From NCBI RefSeq assembly GCF_964204645.1, contig NC_134031.1, forward strand, positions 7,316,001-7,380,000: a stretch of 64,000 nucleotides of DNA. The letters are read 5' to 3'. Both the position numbers and the translations under genes were made by a program. Origin of the DNA: Tubulanus polymorphus. Its lineage: Eukaryota; Animalia; Nemertea. This document shows positions 26,365 through 60,353 of this stretch, piece by piece. The notes below the pieces were generated by a model. That model saw nothing but the letters and a program-made list of their open reading frames with translations, did no database searches and was not told where the DNA came from. Positions within the stretch are counted from its first letter, which is position 1. The number at the start of each line of letters is the position of its first letter.

Positions 26365-28131
26365 AATAAAGAAGTTTCCAGTTTCTAGGCGCCATTTTGT
26401 GGCGGTCACTCGAGGTCCCTATTGTTGCGATAATTTGCGCTCTTTTTTAAAACATAAGTTTAGATTGAATATCATATAGTTCTGCAGTCCCTTGCTCGAC
26501 GAAATCAATTTATACACCATTTTAAAGGAAATTAAATGCAGATATTTGCTGGCGATTCTTGGAATTTTTGAACGCAACAATTGAGAACAGTGAAGATGTG
26601 AAACCAAGGACCGCATATCTTAACCGTGCGTAAAAGAAATCGCAATGTTTATTAGTTTTAAAATATCTAAGTATCTCTTAAAGCTATATTTCCAATTTTC
26701 ACTGAGGTTAAAGAGGGTTATTTGCAGTTTAAGCCTGCGTTGAATTTTTTTGAATATCTTTCTTGACGACTGATCTGTACCCGCTTGAGTTTGAGATTAC
26801 GCGCAAAAGGGGTCTCCCACTGCGCACCGCCATTTCACTGAACATTGAGATTTGTGAAAATAAATCGCAAAAATAAGATTTTATACTGGTTTGTAATTAT
26901 CAATATTGCTTCTGATGGTTATATATTACCTTTATTTTCGTATGGTTGAAAATGGACTTTGAGTGCTTTGATGAATTCGAGTTTTGTAGCGTTGGGAAAT
27001 TGAAGGATTTCTTGTAAGAGTGGGGACTTTCTGTGTTGGTTGCAAATGTGGCCTAGTTGAGAACCTAATTTGCGTTTCAACCGAATGTACCACTCATGGT
27101 TGGACACTAGAAAAAAATCTAAGTTTTTATATATTTTTGAATATGCGGCGCAGCTGAAAGTTGCCAAACTGGACGTTGACCCCCTAAAACAGAATATCAA
27201 ATGGGGGACAGATATGAACCCCTATAAATATTATATTGGAATTTTATATCAGTAAGGTTTTCTGGTCGATGTTTTCAAGCAAGAAGGTTGAGATTTATTA
27301 AATAAATTCATCGTATGATCCCAGAATGAGGGATTACCAGAGAGAGATATGTGTTAAATATGTCCTAATATGTCCGTTTAAAATGACTGGCACATTTCAC
27401 CATCGAATCTAAAACGTTTGATTTCACCGAACACAAAATCGGCGCTAGGCTGGACGGGCTGTATACGACAATTCCTCAACTGGGCCGTTCACACTTCAAT
27501 AGCGGGACAAACCGGATCCCGAAACCAGATTAACGAATTGCCCCCGCCAAAATACGGTACAAACAAGATATGGATTATCATCTCAAAATATCCCCATGGA
27601 AAATGTGAAGAAATCAAATTGCATTTAAAAATTTCTTGTCGCAAATCTCAATGTTCAGTGAAATGGCGGTGCGCAGTGGGAGACCCCTTTTGCGCGTAAT
27701 CTCAAACTCAAGCGGGTACAGATCAGTCGTCAGGTAAGATATTCAAAAGATTTTAACGCAGGCTTAAACTGCAAATAACCCTCTTTAACCTCAGTGAAAA
27801 TAGGAAATATAGCTTTAAGAGATACTTAGATATTTAAAAATTAATGAATATCGCGATTTCATTTACGCGCGGTTAAGATATGCGGTCCTTGGTTTCATAT
27901 CGTTACTGTTCTCAATTGTTGCGTTCAAAAAATCCAAGAATTACCAACAAATATCTGCATTTCATTTCCTTTAAAATGGTGTATAAATCGATTTCGTCGA
28001 GCAAGGGACTGCAGAACTATATGATATTCAATCTAAACTTATGTTTTAAAAATGAGCGCAAATTATCGCAACGATGGGGACCTCGCGGGACCGCCACAAA
28101 AAGGCGCCTAGAAACTGGAAACTTCTTTATT
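26365..28131. mobile_element. Non-autonomous DNA transposon with ~490-bp terminal inverted repeats
   Basis: 26365-26854 is the reverse complement of 27642-28131 (mirror ORFs 26419-26616 and 27880- encode nearly the same peptide); ~790-bp spacer; termini AATAAAGAAGTTTCCAGTTTCTAGGCGCC. Confidence 0.85.
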
Positions 28132-29199
28132 GCACCAGTCGTATCAGGTTTAAATTCCGACGATAAAGAATGTTTTCGTATCAAAAGATTGAGCCACTTT
28201 TCCATTTTTCTTATTACGGGGCTCACATATTCAACACATCGTAAATATGGTTACATCGACCATCCGATACTTACAATTATTGACAACTAATAATTTGAAT
28301 TGTAACTGTAATAAAGACTCTGATGATTGATTGAGTGTTAAATCAATTTTCCGGGATGCGAGAAGATACGGTCAGTTCCAGTACACTCTCAAACAGCCAA
28401 TACTCTCTCAGACAGACGTTACACTTTCCTCATTATAATCGTGATTTCTACTCAGATGGATGCGAGTCTGGAATCTACCATGCTGTACCATTGGTCATTC
28501 TGCCTTAAGAATGACTTTCTCCTTATTAGACGAGTTTGATATTCAGACTCTCACAATAATGATAAGTCGAAGATTCCGAAGTTTATCGTATAACTATCTT
28601 ATCATTCTACTTTCTCATTTAAAAAGAAAAAAATTATATTCCAAAGTCGGATTTTATAAGTTGGAAACTCACCTGACGTAGTACTCTTCTTGGTCCCGAA
28701 GTAAAAAATCAGTTAAATTACTCACCGAAAGTCGGATGGCTCCTCCCTTAGCAGTTTGACTGCTCAGACCCCTGTTCGAAATCGATGATATCTATCAACG
28801 TCGTTGTTTTAGTTGTTGTTAGTGTATTAGAACAAAAATCCGGCCGAAATATTTCTAAATCTTTGTGTGTCTAAATCTTTTCTAGTAGAATTCTAGTAGA
28901 ATCTTTTTTTTTACATTTGACAGAAATTAATTCTCAAGTCGTAGTTTTTGAAAAGAGGCTGGAAATCCGACTTATTCTAAGTCGAAGGATTTGAAAAAAT
29001 GGATACCTCAAAAAAGAAAAAGTCGCAGCCAATGACAAAAGTGTCGTATCCTTTTCAGACTGTAACTGTGTCAACACCATCAGGAAATTGTCACCTTTCT
29101 AACGATTCATAAGTTTAAATTTTGTACCAAAAGAGGGATGGACGACAATTAAGAGGTTTTAGTTTAAAAATGTTAAAATCTGTCTAACAATGCGTGACC

Positions 29200-29580
29200 T
29201 GTGGGGCCGTCTCATAATGACGCCTGGTCACTGAAAACTTCCCTATCGCGTTCACTTTTCTTCCGTCCGTCCGTAGACGGAATCAAGTCATTTAGGGATG
29301 TTTTGAAGACGCTTCAATGGGTTGTCTTGATATTTGGCGTATGTATGTATCCTAGCATCTTCAGTCCGAAAACTGGCCAGGTCAAAATCATGATTGCTGG
29401 CTGGCGGCCATTTCGCCAAAATCAGTACTATTTCCAATCAATTTTCTTGATCTCCCATAAATATATAATTTTCAAAGGCCCATCAGCATGAAAAATTGGG
29501 TCAATCGGACACAAGATAGCCGTTCTGTGACCTTCTTTGTGACCAAAAAGATCATTTTGGCCTGAATTCCGAGACCTGTA
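29200..29580. mobile_element. Fragment of Helentron-type non-autonomous element (opposite orientation to 38314-39576)
   Basis: Reverse complement of 39150-39545-like sequence including the (GTCC)n tract and GCGTTCACTTTT. Confidence 0.65.
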
Positions 29581-31215
29581 GCCTTTGTAGTTTGTCATTT
29601 TTCACTGATAATATATACGTGATGGGGAACGGATCATAAACATATCAGACGTGTTTTACAATCGGCGGGCATCTTAGTGTCATCAGACCTCATTCGTGGA
29701 TAGAAATAAGAGGTTTTTTGAAGAAAGTATCAAGGTTTTGTTTTAATTCATAGCCATTATATTTGATAATTGTAACCACTGTCGGGTGTATCGGGTATAT
29801 CGAGATTGTTGGGAATTCCCGGTATGTTGGGAATGTCGGAAGCGCCGGACATGTCGGCGAGATTGTCGGGAGTGCAGGTTATCAAATATCGGGTGTGTCC
29901 GAAGTGCCGGGTTAGTCAGAAAAGTCAGGTTTGAAATAATTGTGCCAGGTACGTATGATATTATATATGTACGGTATATTGAATGACGAAGAATAGTTTT
30001 TTAGAACTGTACTGAATATGCGCGGAAGAGTATTGAAACCAGTTCTATTTAGTGTGATGTGGTCTTGGGGACTACTTATCCGTATATTACGGAGTCCATT
30101 GCCGTGTATATTTTTGAGGCTATCGTAAACGGCTGGGATTCTGACACTGCTGCTTCTATAGAGATACTTGAACTTCTGGAATCGATCACAGTTGGTGAAA
30201 ATTTAGGAGTACGATCATAAAACCCACCTTACTCCCGTCCTCCCTCAACCCCACTCCCGCCTTGAATTACTTTTACAGTTTGAAAATCAATTTTTCTTCT
30301 TACAACAGGAACAACAGGAAAGGCATCGACGCTATAAACCGGAAATTATCGAACCGGAGCCCTTGCGAGGCCCTTGCGAGGCCCTTGCGAGGGGTCTGGG
30401 CGCTCTCCCCCAGAAAATTTTCTAAATTTGATGCAATTTTAGAGCTATCTGGGCTTTTCTGTTGGCACCTGGGAGCCTATGCGATTCCTGTATCCTAGAC
30501 ATGTATTACATAGCCAAAGATAAGAGTCGAAAAGGAAGAGTTGTCTAGGCCCGGCCCACCCCCCATGAAAGTCACCGGAAAACATCAACTATATTTTTGA
30601 AACACCCAATTACGGATGGTTTAATTTTGCAAAAAAATTTACTTAAACAAAGAAAAACTTTAAAAATTTTAGAAATTTTGAGGGGGCGCTCCTCCTGCTC
30701 CCCTCTTGAATCCGCCCTGGCCATTTTCTTGTTCTGTGTCAAATGTCACTGTATCCTTTCAGCCACAGGATTCTAACGTTTCAACATGAAACCTCACACA
30801 ATGAGTCTCCCTAACTCGGGAAGATCGAATCAAATCTATTTGATAAATTGAATTAAGTGATAATACGGCTCTAAGATATGGCTTTTAGTGCATTCCCCCA
30901 ATTGAAGCCCAATAGATACGCTAGTAGCTGAATGGAAAAAAAAACGATTTATAGATTTCTGTATCACAATACATCTATGTTTTGGATCGATTAAAATTTC
31001 AGCGTTTCATACACAATGTTATTTTATAGTTATAAAACAGAGGCGGCTGCAATTCACGAATTCAGTATAGTATTTTTTTTATATTTCAGGGCCGCGTGAA
31101 AAGACCCACCAACAGGCTCAAGTGCATTATAGCATTAAATAGTTCCAGCAAAGACTTATCACATTGGACTGGTATTTGGAATTAATCCGCCAATATTGGA
31201 CTGATTGAACGTCGT

Positions 31216-31597
31216 CCGATTCTACTCGTCGACAATGTCTACAGCCCCGATTGTCGACCGATTCTAATCGTCGACAATGTCTGCAATCCTGATTGTCGAC
31301 CGATTTTACTTGTCGACAATGTCTACAACCCCGATTGTCGACCGATTCTACTCGTCGACAATGTCTGCAATCCTGATTTTCGACCGATTTTACTTGTCGA
31401 CAATGTCTACAACCCCGATTGTCGACCGATTCTACTCGTCGACAATGTCTGCAATCCTGATTTTCGACCGATTTTACTTGTCGACAATGTCTACAACCCC
31501 GATTGTCGACCGATTCTACTCGTCGACAATGTCTGCAATCCTGATTTTCGACCGATTTTACTTGTCGACAATGTCTACAACCCCGATTGTCGACCGA
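31216..31597. repeat. 42-bp minisatellite (~9 units, alternating A/B variants = 84-bp higher-order repeat), GTCGAC-rich
   Basis: Units CCGATTCTACTCGTCGACAATGTCTGCAATCCTGATTTTCGA / CCGATTTTACTTGTCGACAATGTCTACAACCCCGATTGTCGA. Confidence 0.92.
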
Positions 31598-32025
31598 TCA
31601 TAAACCTATATTAATCGATCGTTTTCCGTCAAGCTTCAAGCAATGCGATTACATCTCTCCCGGGCATCTCTCCCAAAGTAAACATTGGACGGTATGTTTT
31701 GACCGAAAGATGTTGGTATGATGCCCAAGTCATTATCATTGCACTTGTTGGCGTTATGTAAGTCAATCGCCTGTAAGCTGGAGAGCAATGACGTACTGAC
31801 GTCTGTAACCGATAATTACCTAAACTTGTACATTTTCGTTGCTGTTTTAAGTTTCGCCACTATGTTCAAACGGCAGAGCCAGCACACAATTACATGCACA
31901 TTAAGTAACATTATTTTGTCAACATGTCACGATTGATTTTACACGCGATCAATCTATCTCAACAAATTTTTCTGACTTTCCCCTGATTTAAGCTGTTTAC
32001 AAAATTCCCTGACTTTTATCAATAA

Positions 32026-32510
32026 AACAAGAGGAGCATCAGCTTATATAGCCGTGTGTCCCCGCATGGCCAAATCAAAAAACGGCTCTGTACTTTGTAG
32101 GTGTTGGTCCTCAGAATATCCATACCGAACTTGGAATTAATCTGACTAAAACAGTAGTAGGACTGTAGCAATTTGGAAAAATAGAGGGCCGCCCCTTGGA
32201 GGAAAAATAATCTACAAAATGCTCTGTAACTTTGTAGGTCTTGGTCCATAGAGCATGCATACGAAATTTCAATTGATCTGATTAAAACTGTAGGACTAGC
32301 AATTCTTAACGAAGGTCCCACCCCAGGGGCGCCCCCTGGGGGACAAATAAAAAAAAGCTCTTTGTAGGCCTTGGTCCATCCAATATTCAATCCAAATTTG
32401 GAGTTGATCTGATTAAAACTGTAGGAATATAGCAATCTAAAGCAATAGAAGTCCCACCATCAGGGGGAAAAATCCAAAAACGGTTCTGTTATTTTGTAGG
32501 CCTTGTTGAT
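32026..32510. mobile_element. Helentron-type non-autonomous element fragment with ~140-bp internal tandem repeats
   Basis: Begins AACAAGAG; 3-4 diverged units (GCTCTGTA..TTTGTAGG..TTGGTCC...ATCTGATTAAAACTGTAGGA). Confidence 0.55.
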
Positions 32511-32994
32511 TTCAAACCACTTTTTGAAGAAACTGACTCCAGAACATATTTCTTAGAATATTTGAGGTACAAGTATTCTAAAATTTTTCCCTTCACTGGG
32601 AATAAACTAAAACTGGATGCCATGCACACCTGGGAAGTGCAGGGGTGGAACCAGGGGTATTAGCCCCATTTTTCCCGGCTGAGTTACCGCGGAATTTTCT
32701 CCCTGTACAATCAGGAAAGTTCGCAGAATGAACCAACATGCATCTTATTTCCAGGGAAAGCCAGAGTAAGTGAGATTCACATCAGGCCAGACAACATGAT
32801 TTGATATAAGGTTTATTTCACATTCCTATAAATCCAACTTGTGCATCCTCGAGAACTGAAAAGAGAGCGCATGAGATGATTATTGATTTCGAACCTTACT
32901 TATTCAAATACTAATCCTGAGGAAAGGGTCACTACCACAATCCATCCATTTCCAAAAATTCGTGGTATTTTCGCAGTAAAAACATAACTTTCCC

Positions 32995-33203
32995 CAGGCG
33001 CGGATCCAGGACGAAATTTTAGGTGTAGCATAAAATCAAAAGGACAAGCAATATTCTAAAAGGACACTATCCCCTTCAGATGCAATTTCCAGTCACTTGG
33101 GATTCTTTCCACCAAATAAAAACATAGTAATAATTTTCGGGGGAACTTAGAAAATCTAGAGGGTAGTACGTGCCCCGTGCGCTACCCCCTAGATCCGCGC
33201 CTG
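32995..33203. mobile_element. MITE, CAGGCGCGGATC TIR, 5-bp TSD
   Basis: CAGGCGCGGATCCAG ... CTAGATCCGCGCCTG flanked by TTCCC on both sides. Confidence 0.8.
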
Positions 33204-33707
33204 TTCCCTGTGTTCTTGTGAATGGCAGTAAGACCAGAGCGTTATCTTGACAGAACCAAGTAGTAGCTAGCCCAGCAAATATTCCAAATTTTAGCTAATC
33301 TACTTTCATAGGAATTTTAAAATTTATATGACACGAAGATTGTAAAGTTCTGATGACAGACATAGGAGAAAATGAAATACAATTCACGCAGAAAATGCGT
33401 ATGCAAAATAAAATTAATTTCCTGTGTTTTCCCACAAAATAAATCAGTTCCAGAATCTTGTGGAAAACCCTGGAGGAGAAAAAAAGATGTTACGGCTTCT
33501 ACTGAAGCCTGGTGGGAGTTATAGCTACTGGTATTTCTGTAGGGTAAACTACTCATCCTGTGCCATGTAAAATATATTTCTTAACAAAATTTTCTTAACA
33601 TAGATAACATATATTTGCCACATAAAACAATTCTACAAATTGGAATCGACAACAAAAATACATTTGAACTGTGAAGAATACCGGTTGGTTTAAGCCGTAT
33701 TAAATAA

Positions 33708-54428
<20,721 letters not shown>

Positions 54429-56036
54429 TCACCGTTACATCACACATCAGTTTGATGAACATTTTTTCACCACCTTACACATTTGGCTTTTAACAATAAA
54501 ATACCAGGGTTTTTCTGACATAAAATCTATAAAATTTTTCCCATCATTTCCAGATTTTTCACATCAGGTTTTTAGTACAATAACCTGATTCAAAATGGAT
54601 TTGCAGCCGTGAACTGCTAGCTGTCGTTACCTTTATAACGCTTTCGTACTATTTGTGAGATCGAAAGTTTAGTTTGAATCGATCACACTTCCTTAGGTAG
54701 GCTTGCGTCATTTAAGGAACCCGAGAGACAAGTTGCGAGATGGATGTCGGTCATTGACAGTTACGATTATGAAATTGAGCACCGACCAGGCACAGTCACA
54801 TGAAAGCTGAGGGTCTGTATCGCAGGGAAGGTTCCCAATGTGTCAGTATTAGCTAACGCAACAGCAGTGGTGATGAAAGTGATGAATTTCCACAGTCTGT
54901 CTTATGTACTTTATCTCATTGGTCAACAGCCCGCATGAGAACTGCTCAGGGTGACCCCGAGTTCAAATGGTTGATTACTGAATTTAAGTCAGGTTCTTCA
55001 GATGCAAGATTCAGGTTCTTCCGATTTTCTATAACAGATGTCAGGTCAACAAGTTCTATTGTGCCAGGTGGAAGTCTCTTTTCATGGTGGATGCGTTACT
55101 CCATATAGTCAACAAGTGGGAAGGTCTTCCCAGTTCTGTATTGCTGTTACTGCCTAAAGTGTACAGAGTTGAGTTCTTGCAGTTCTTTTCATGGCTCTTC
55201 AACTTCTGGTCATAACGGGGTAAAACGTACTTTGACTAGTGATCACGCACAATACTTATGGCATGAAATTGAATCAGGTTATGGTGCCAGTTCCAATTGC
55301 AATATGAAAAACGTGTAAGCCACACGTTCCAATGTTGAGTAGAGGATTTGAATTTTCATGTTTTAGTTATTTCACGATATCCCTTTCAAATTTCAAGTTT
55401 ACGTTTGGTACATCCATCGAGAGTGGTATCAGGTTCTTTAAATCTAATTTGGTTACATAGGATTTGAACTCATGTAATTAGATTCTAACGTCACAGTGTC
55501 CAATGAATTGAGATCCATAAAAGCGAGTATCAACATGACCATTTTTCCAGTATCTGACCCATACATCCATGCTTCATTTGAGTATATGTTTATGTATTTA
55601 GTGATTTGTCAAATAGTAGGACATACTCATCTGCCGTCAAGCAGACCACTGAAGCAGATAAATATAGTCCAATACCAACGTTGACTGTATACAGACACTT
55701 ATCTTTACCAAGACTATACTTGGCACAATCTTTAAACATGCTGATAGTTTGCTTTTATTTTCCAATGATTTTTATGGATAATGACACTCTACAGCATCAA
55801 TCAATATTTCAACTACTTTACTGCTTGGTTATGGACAGATGCCCAGAGGACACATATACACGGATACTACAAAGTTCAGCATCGCACAGCTTTGAATCCC
55901 TTAGAATAACACACACGCATGTGCGGCAGTCAATTCCTAACGAAAGCATTGAAATACATCTATAATGAATGTATTTCAACTGATTCAATTTTTCTTTATC
56001 GTCTGTCAATCACTCTCTTGCAAAGCATGCTGGTTA

Positions 56037-57072
56037 AACTAGGGGTCCAGGGACACCATGCCCACTTGGGAAGTCGTTTCAAATGCTCAACAATCTAACA
56101 ATTTCTAGATTCAACGCCCCCTGGTGACCATATACAAAAACCAATGACCTTGAAACTCACCACAATCATAAAACATGTCAGCAGCTACGATTTTGTAATT
56201 GATTGTGATAACAAAATATGCTTCGTTACCAATTTAATATGTAAATACTAAGTTATTCTACTATTCAACGCCCCCTGGTGACCATATTCAAAACCCAATA
56301 ACCTTGTAACTCACCACATACTCATACAACATGTCATGAACTACAACTTTGCAATTGATCATGGTAACAAAATATGCCTAGGTACCAATCTAATAAGGAA
56401 ATACTAGGTTATTCTACTATTCAACGCCCCCTGGTGACCATATAAAATAGCTAATTTCCTTAAAACTCACCACAATCATAGACGATGTCATAAGCTACAA
56501 CTTTGCAATCGATTGTGGGAACAAAATATGTGTTGGTACAAATATAATATAGAAATACTAAGATATTGTATTATTCAACGCCCCCTGGTGGCCATATACA
56601 AAAACCAATGCACTTGAAACTCACCACAATCATAGAACACATTAAAAGCTACAACTTTCTAATTCATTGTTGTAACAAAATATGCTTAGGTATCAATATA
56701 ATGTCGAGAAACTTTTTCCCACCTACAAATGAGTACTGATGACACCAAGATGGCCACCAATTGCGCCATAATTGGCTGATCAAAAATACCTGTCTCAGGT
56801 ATAAAACATCCATTTCCAAAGAATACCCATCAGCAATTGCAATGAGAAATAGCAAACCAGTAGGAAGCTACAGGACTCAGAATTTGCGACAAAATTGACA
56901 TTTTTGGGCACTTACAAGGTTATAGGACGACCATCTTGAGTCCGATCGACCCAATTTTTGTTATGCTGATGGGCCCTGGGAGGGTTCAAATATATACAAA
57001 AGATCAAGGTAATTGAATAAGGCGTCTTCAAAATTTCCCTCAAAAACGTGTAAAAAGTGCTGATTTTGGCGA
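56037..57072. mobile_element. Second, truncated copy of the 38314-39576 Helentron-type element
   Basis: Starts AACTAGGGGTCCAGGGACACCATGCCCACTTGGGA and is colinear with 38314-39350, including four ~150-bp tandem units; further fragments at about 48910-49230 and 51480-51820. Confidence 0.85.
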
Positions 57073-58199
57073 ACAACAGCACTAGGATAGCTTTATAATG
57101 CAACGTGTGAGCCGCTGTTATTGACACTAAAGCAGCTGACCTAATTATGAAATATACATAGCCGCAGGTATAAATTAAACCTAACGCAAATATATTTTCC
57201 GATTAACTAACTAGAGCTGCATCAACATCCCATTCAGAAAAAACATTAGTTGTTGCCCCTTCTTCACCAAATAAGGAGTTTGGTACCACTGGCCACATCT
57301 ACCGCTTATTTTGAACCGACAATTCCGACTCAATCAGCCCTGTATTTAGGTGTAGGGGGGGGTGGGTTCCTGCCTTTCTGTTATTGTAAGGTCCCAAGAC
57401 AAGTAGCCTAGTGTGTAGGCTACACATAGTCTGGTACATAATTAGCCGTTGTTCTACAAATCCTATGTAATACCAGTCGTTGTAGGGAACCGGGAACAAC
57501 GACTGGTATTCAGCTGTTCAGACCCTGCTACACAGGGTCAGACTGGAAGGCAGGAAATGATCTTTTCAGTTTCGAACGCGCAACATAATGGAAGCCCTGA
57601 AACGACATTACGAATTACGTTTTACGAATTATGTTTTACGACTTACATTTTGGGCAATGATTTACCACTACATTTCAGTTCAATTTATCACAAGAGGTCA
57701 AGGTTGTGGTGCACTCTCCGTGTCGTGAATATTTAACTTTGGGTAGCAGGCAGAAGGCAGCACTGTATTGTGATCGGTTGTAATTTTTTGCCGAATGCTT
57801 CAACTAATAACGATGATAGATGACATTGCAGCCCAAACGCTTTGCTTTCAAATACAAATATATATTTTCATTATTAAAAGCTAAGACTTGTTCTGATCAT
57901 TACAATTGAACAATTGTATCCGCACTGATATGGAGTCCGATTCCTTTTTGTCTCCATGAACCCGAATAATTTCCAGTTTTATATCGTCTTAATCATCGTG
58001 CCCTTGCCAAACAGGACAGTGTCAGTGTTTGTAATTTATCAATTAATGAATCCGGGCGTATGCCACCTGAGGCTCAATATAGGGGGAAAAAAAGCTTAGC
58101 ACTTTTGTCATATTACTGTAATATAAGTAAGTAGTATAAATAATAACATTTATCTGCAATATCAAATTCTCCTTCATAATATTTCACTTCAATTTTCTT

Positions 58200-59720
58200 T
58201 TTTACTCCAATATAACATTTATTTAATTTACCATATATATGCTGTTTAGGTTTGCCTATGCAAACGTTCTGATGGGTATAATACCTCCATAATAATTAGT
58301 TATGGCTGGGAAATCGACCCAATTTGAACAAACAACAAGATAGGGATTGTAGAATATGAATTAGTTTATCTCATGTTTTTTTTCTAATACTAGATTTCTC
58401 TGGAAACAATTCAATATTTAGATTTTATTTGGATCACACTTGTACTTTCTCTCAAATCGCTTGCTAAAATGTTATCCCCTGTATAAAGTCGTTTTTCTAA
58501 TTCATCTCATTTGACGTTGTTTCATTGTTTACTAATATCCCTTTAGAGGCTACTCATTCGACGCAAACTTCTGGGCCTCCACCTTGATTTTCCCATTTCC
58601 GTTGAATGTCTCATTGATTTACTTGAACTGTGTTCCAAAAATGTGTATTTTCATTTTAAAGGGAATTTCTTTCAACAGATTTTTGGATTTGCCATGGGGA
58701 ATCCCCTCTCTCCTATTTTAGTCAATTTTTCAGACTTCACACAATTTTGATTTTGCTAATGCTGAATTAGTTTACCCTTGCAGCGATAAAACTAGAAGAC
58801 TTATTTTGGAATCTGCATTAATTATTGAAAATTCGAACAACGTTGTAAACCTTAACAATGGTTTTTCACCCCATAATAAACTTATATCAAAATTCCTCTG
58901 TAAACTGGTTAAACTCAACACTTGATTTCCCCTTTGATTATTTGTTATTTGTTCTCTCATCAATTTCGTCTCTGACTTAACTTGTATTCACCTTTGTTTT
59001 AATTTAAGTGCCCCTTAGTTTGTCTTTCTTTTTACTACTGACTTTAAGTTTCATTTATATTTATACTCACTATTGTTGTTTATAATCACCCCTTAGTTTG
59101 CTTCCCTTTAATCTATTTTAGCGTGTAACTGTTTCTACGTTAATTTTCCTTTAGTTTGTATCATCTCTGATTACTTGAATTAGTCTCTTTGTCTCTGGAT
59201 TGTATATATATCTCATAATTTCTGTAGTATCTCATTATTCCTGAAGATGACTATTAGGATATAGTCGAAACGTTGAAATAAACTACTATCTCGAAGTTTC
59301 ATTTTCGGACTTTTTATTATCATTGTGGGATTCTCTCCTCATCGCGTCAACACGGATATTGTGTTCTACCTATCGTGATCAATTAAACCTAATTTTATAT
59401 GTGTTGACTCTAACTCTATTCAACGTAAGTCTCGCATTGTTGTCCCTTTTTTAGACAAATTGAAACCCACTCTCAATGCGCTTAACACTGATATCATATT
59501 CAAGTATAATAACAAAATCTCTAGTCATTTATCCAAAAATAATACTCTGCCCAATACTCATGCCGGTGATTATAAAATCCCTTGCTCAGATTGTGATAAA
59601 TTTTATACAGGTGAAACTGGTCGCTCCCTCAGCATTCGTATTAAAGAGCAGAAGAAAGATATTATTAATCAAAAACCCCAAAGTGCTGTGGCTCATATTT
59701 CAATATTTAGATTATAGAAT
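58200..59720 (+). mobile_element. Decayed Penelope-like element (RT fragment, pLTR with hammerhead motif, GIY-YIG fragment)
   Basis: 58500-58730 translates to SFDVVSLFTNIP...YF.FKGNFFQQIFGFAMGNPLSPIL; ORF 59460-59717 has Y.IPC.DC.K.Y.GETGRSL..RIKE (GIY-YIG). Confidence 0.85.
59235..59282 (+). ncRNA. Minimal type I hammerhead ribozyme motif (Penelope-associated)
   Basis: CTGAAGA (59241) - T - stem II GACTAT/ATAGTC - GAAA - CGTT with weak stem I TATTC/GAA(A)TA; second copy at 9310-9344. Confidence 0.6.
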
Positions 59721-60353
59721 ATTAATTAGTCCTATAATCTAAGAAAACAATGAACTACATTTCGGTATACACGCTGAATTCAGTTCATGCCCATTTAATT
59801 GCAACAATGGCCTTCGAACAATACACTAAAATTAACATTATATTTTGTTTTGCTCAATCAACTACTTTTAAACGATAGAACTTTGGTTTATTTGAGTATA
59901 GCCTGTAAATTCAAACTGGGGGGGAGGACAAATTCTAAAAATTTATATTACTTATAAGTTCCTAATTGTTGTCTCTCAGGCATAAACCCATTAGATCTAG
60001 GGTCTGGAGGTATTTTGGAAACATATGAGGGTATTCCGGGTGGAGGGATTCTGGGTGTGAGATATTTGGGTGGAGGTATTTTGGGCGGAGGTATTATGAC
60101 CCGGATTCGGTGCAAGCAGTTTTCATTTTAGTTATTTTTGACAATATGCACTCAATGATTTGATGGTGAACCACAGGGCCATTGGACCTTTATTTATAAT
60201 CATCATTATCAAAATAATCTTCACCTAAAATATCATGATTTATATTTCTAATATGATTTTATATTCTAAATGTTGTTTATGATATCTTTTGTTACATGAC
60301 ATCCTTTTTCATTCTTACCTTTATATATGATTAGATATGAAATCACCATGAGT

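Noticed and set aside
31216-31603. CRISPR array or 108-aa repeat protein
   Set aside because: Contiguous tandem units with no unique spacers, eukaryotic context, no cas genes; the ORF is a by-product of a 42/84-bp period.
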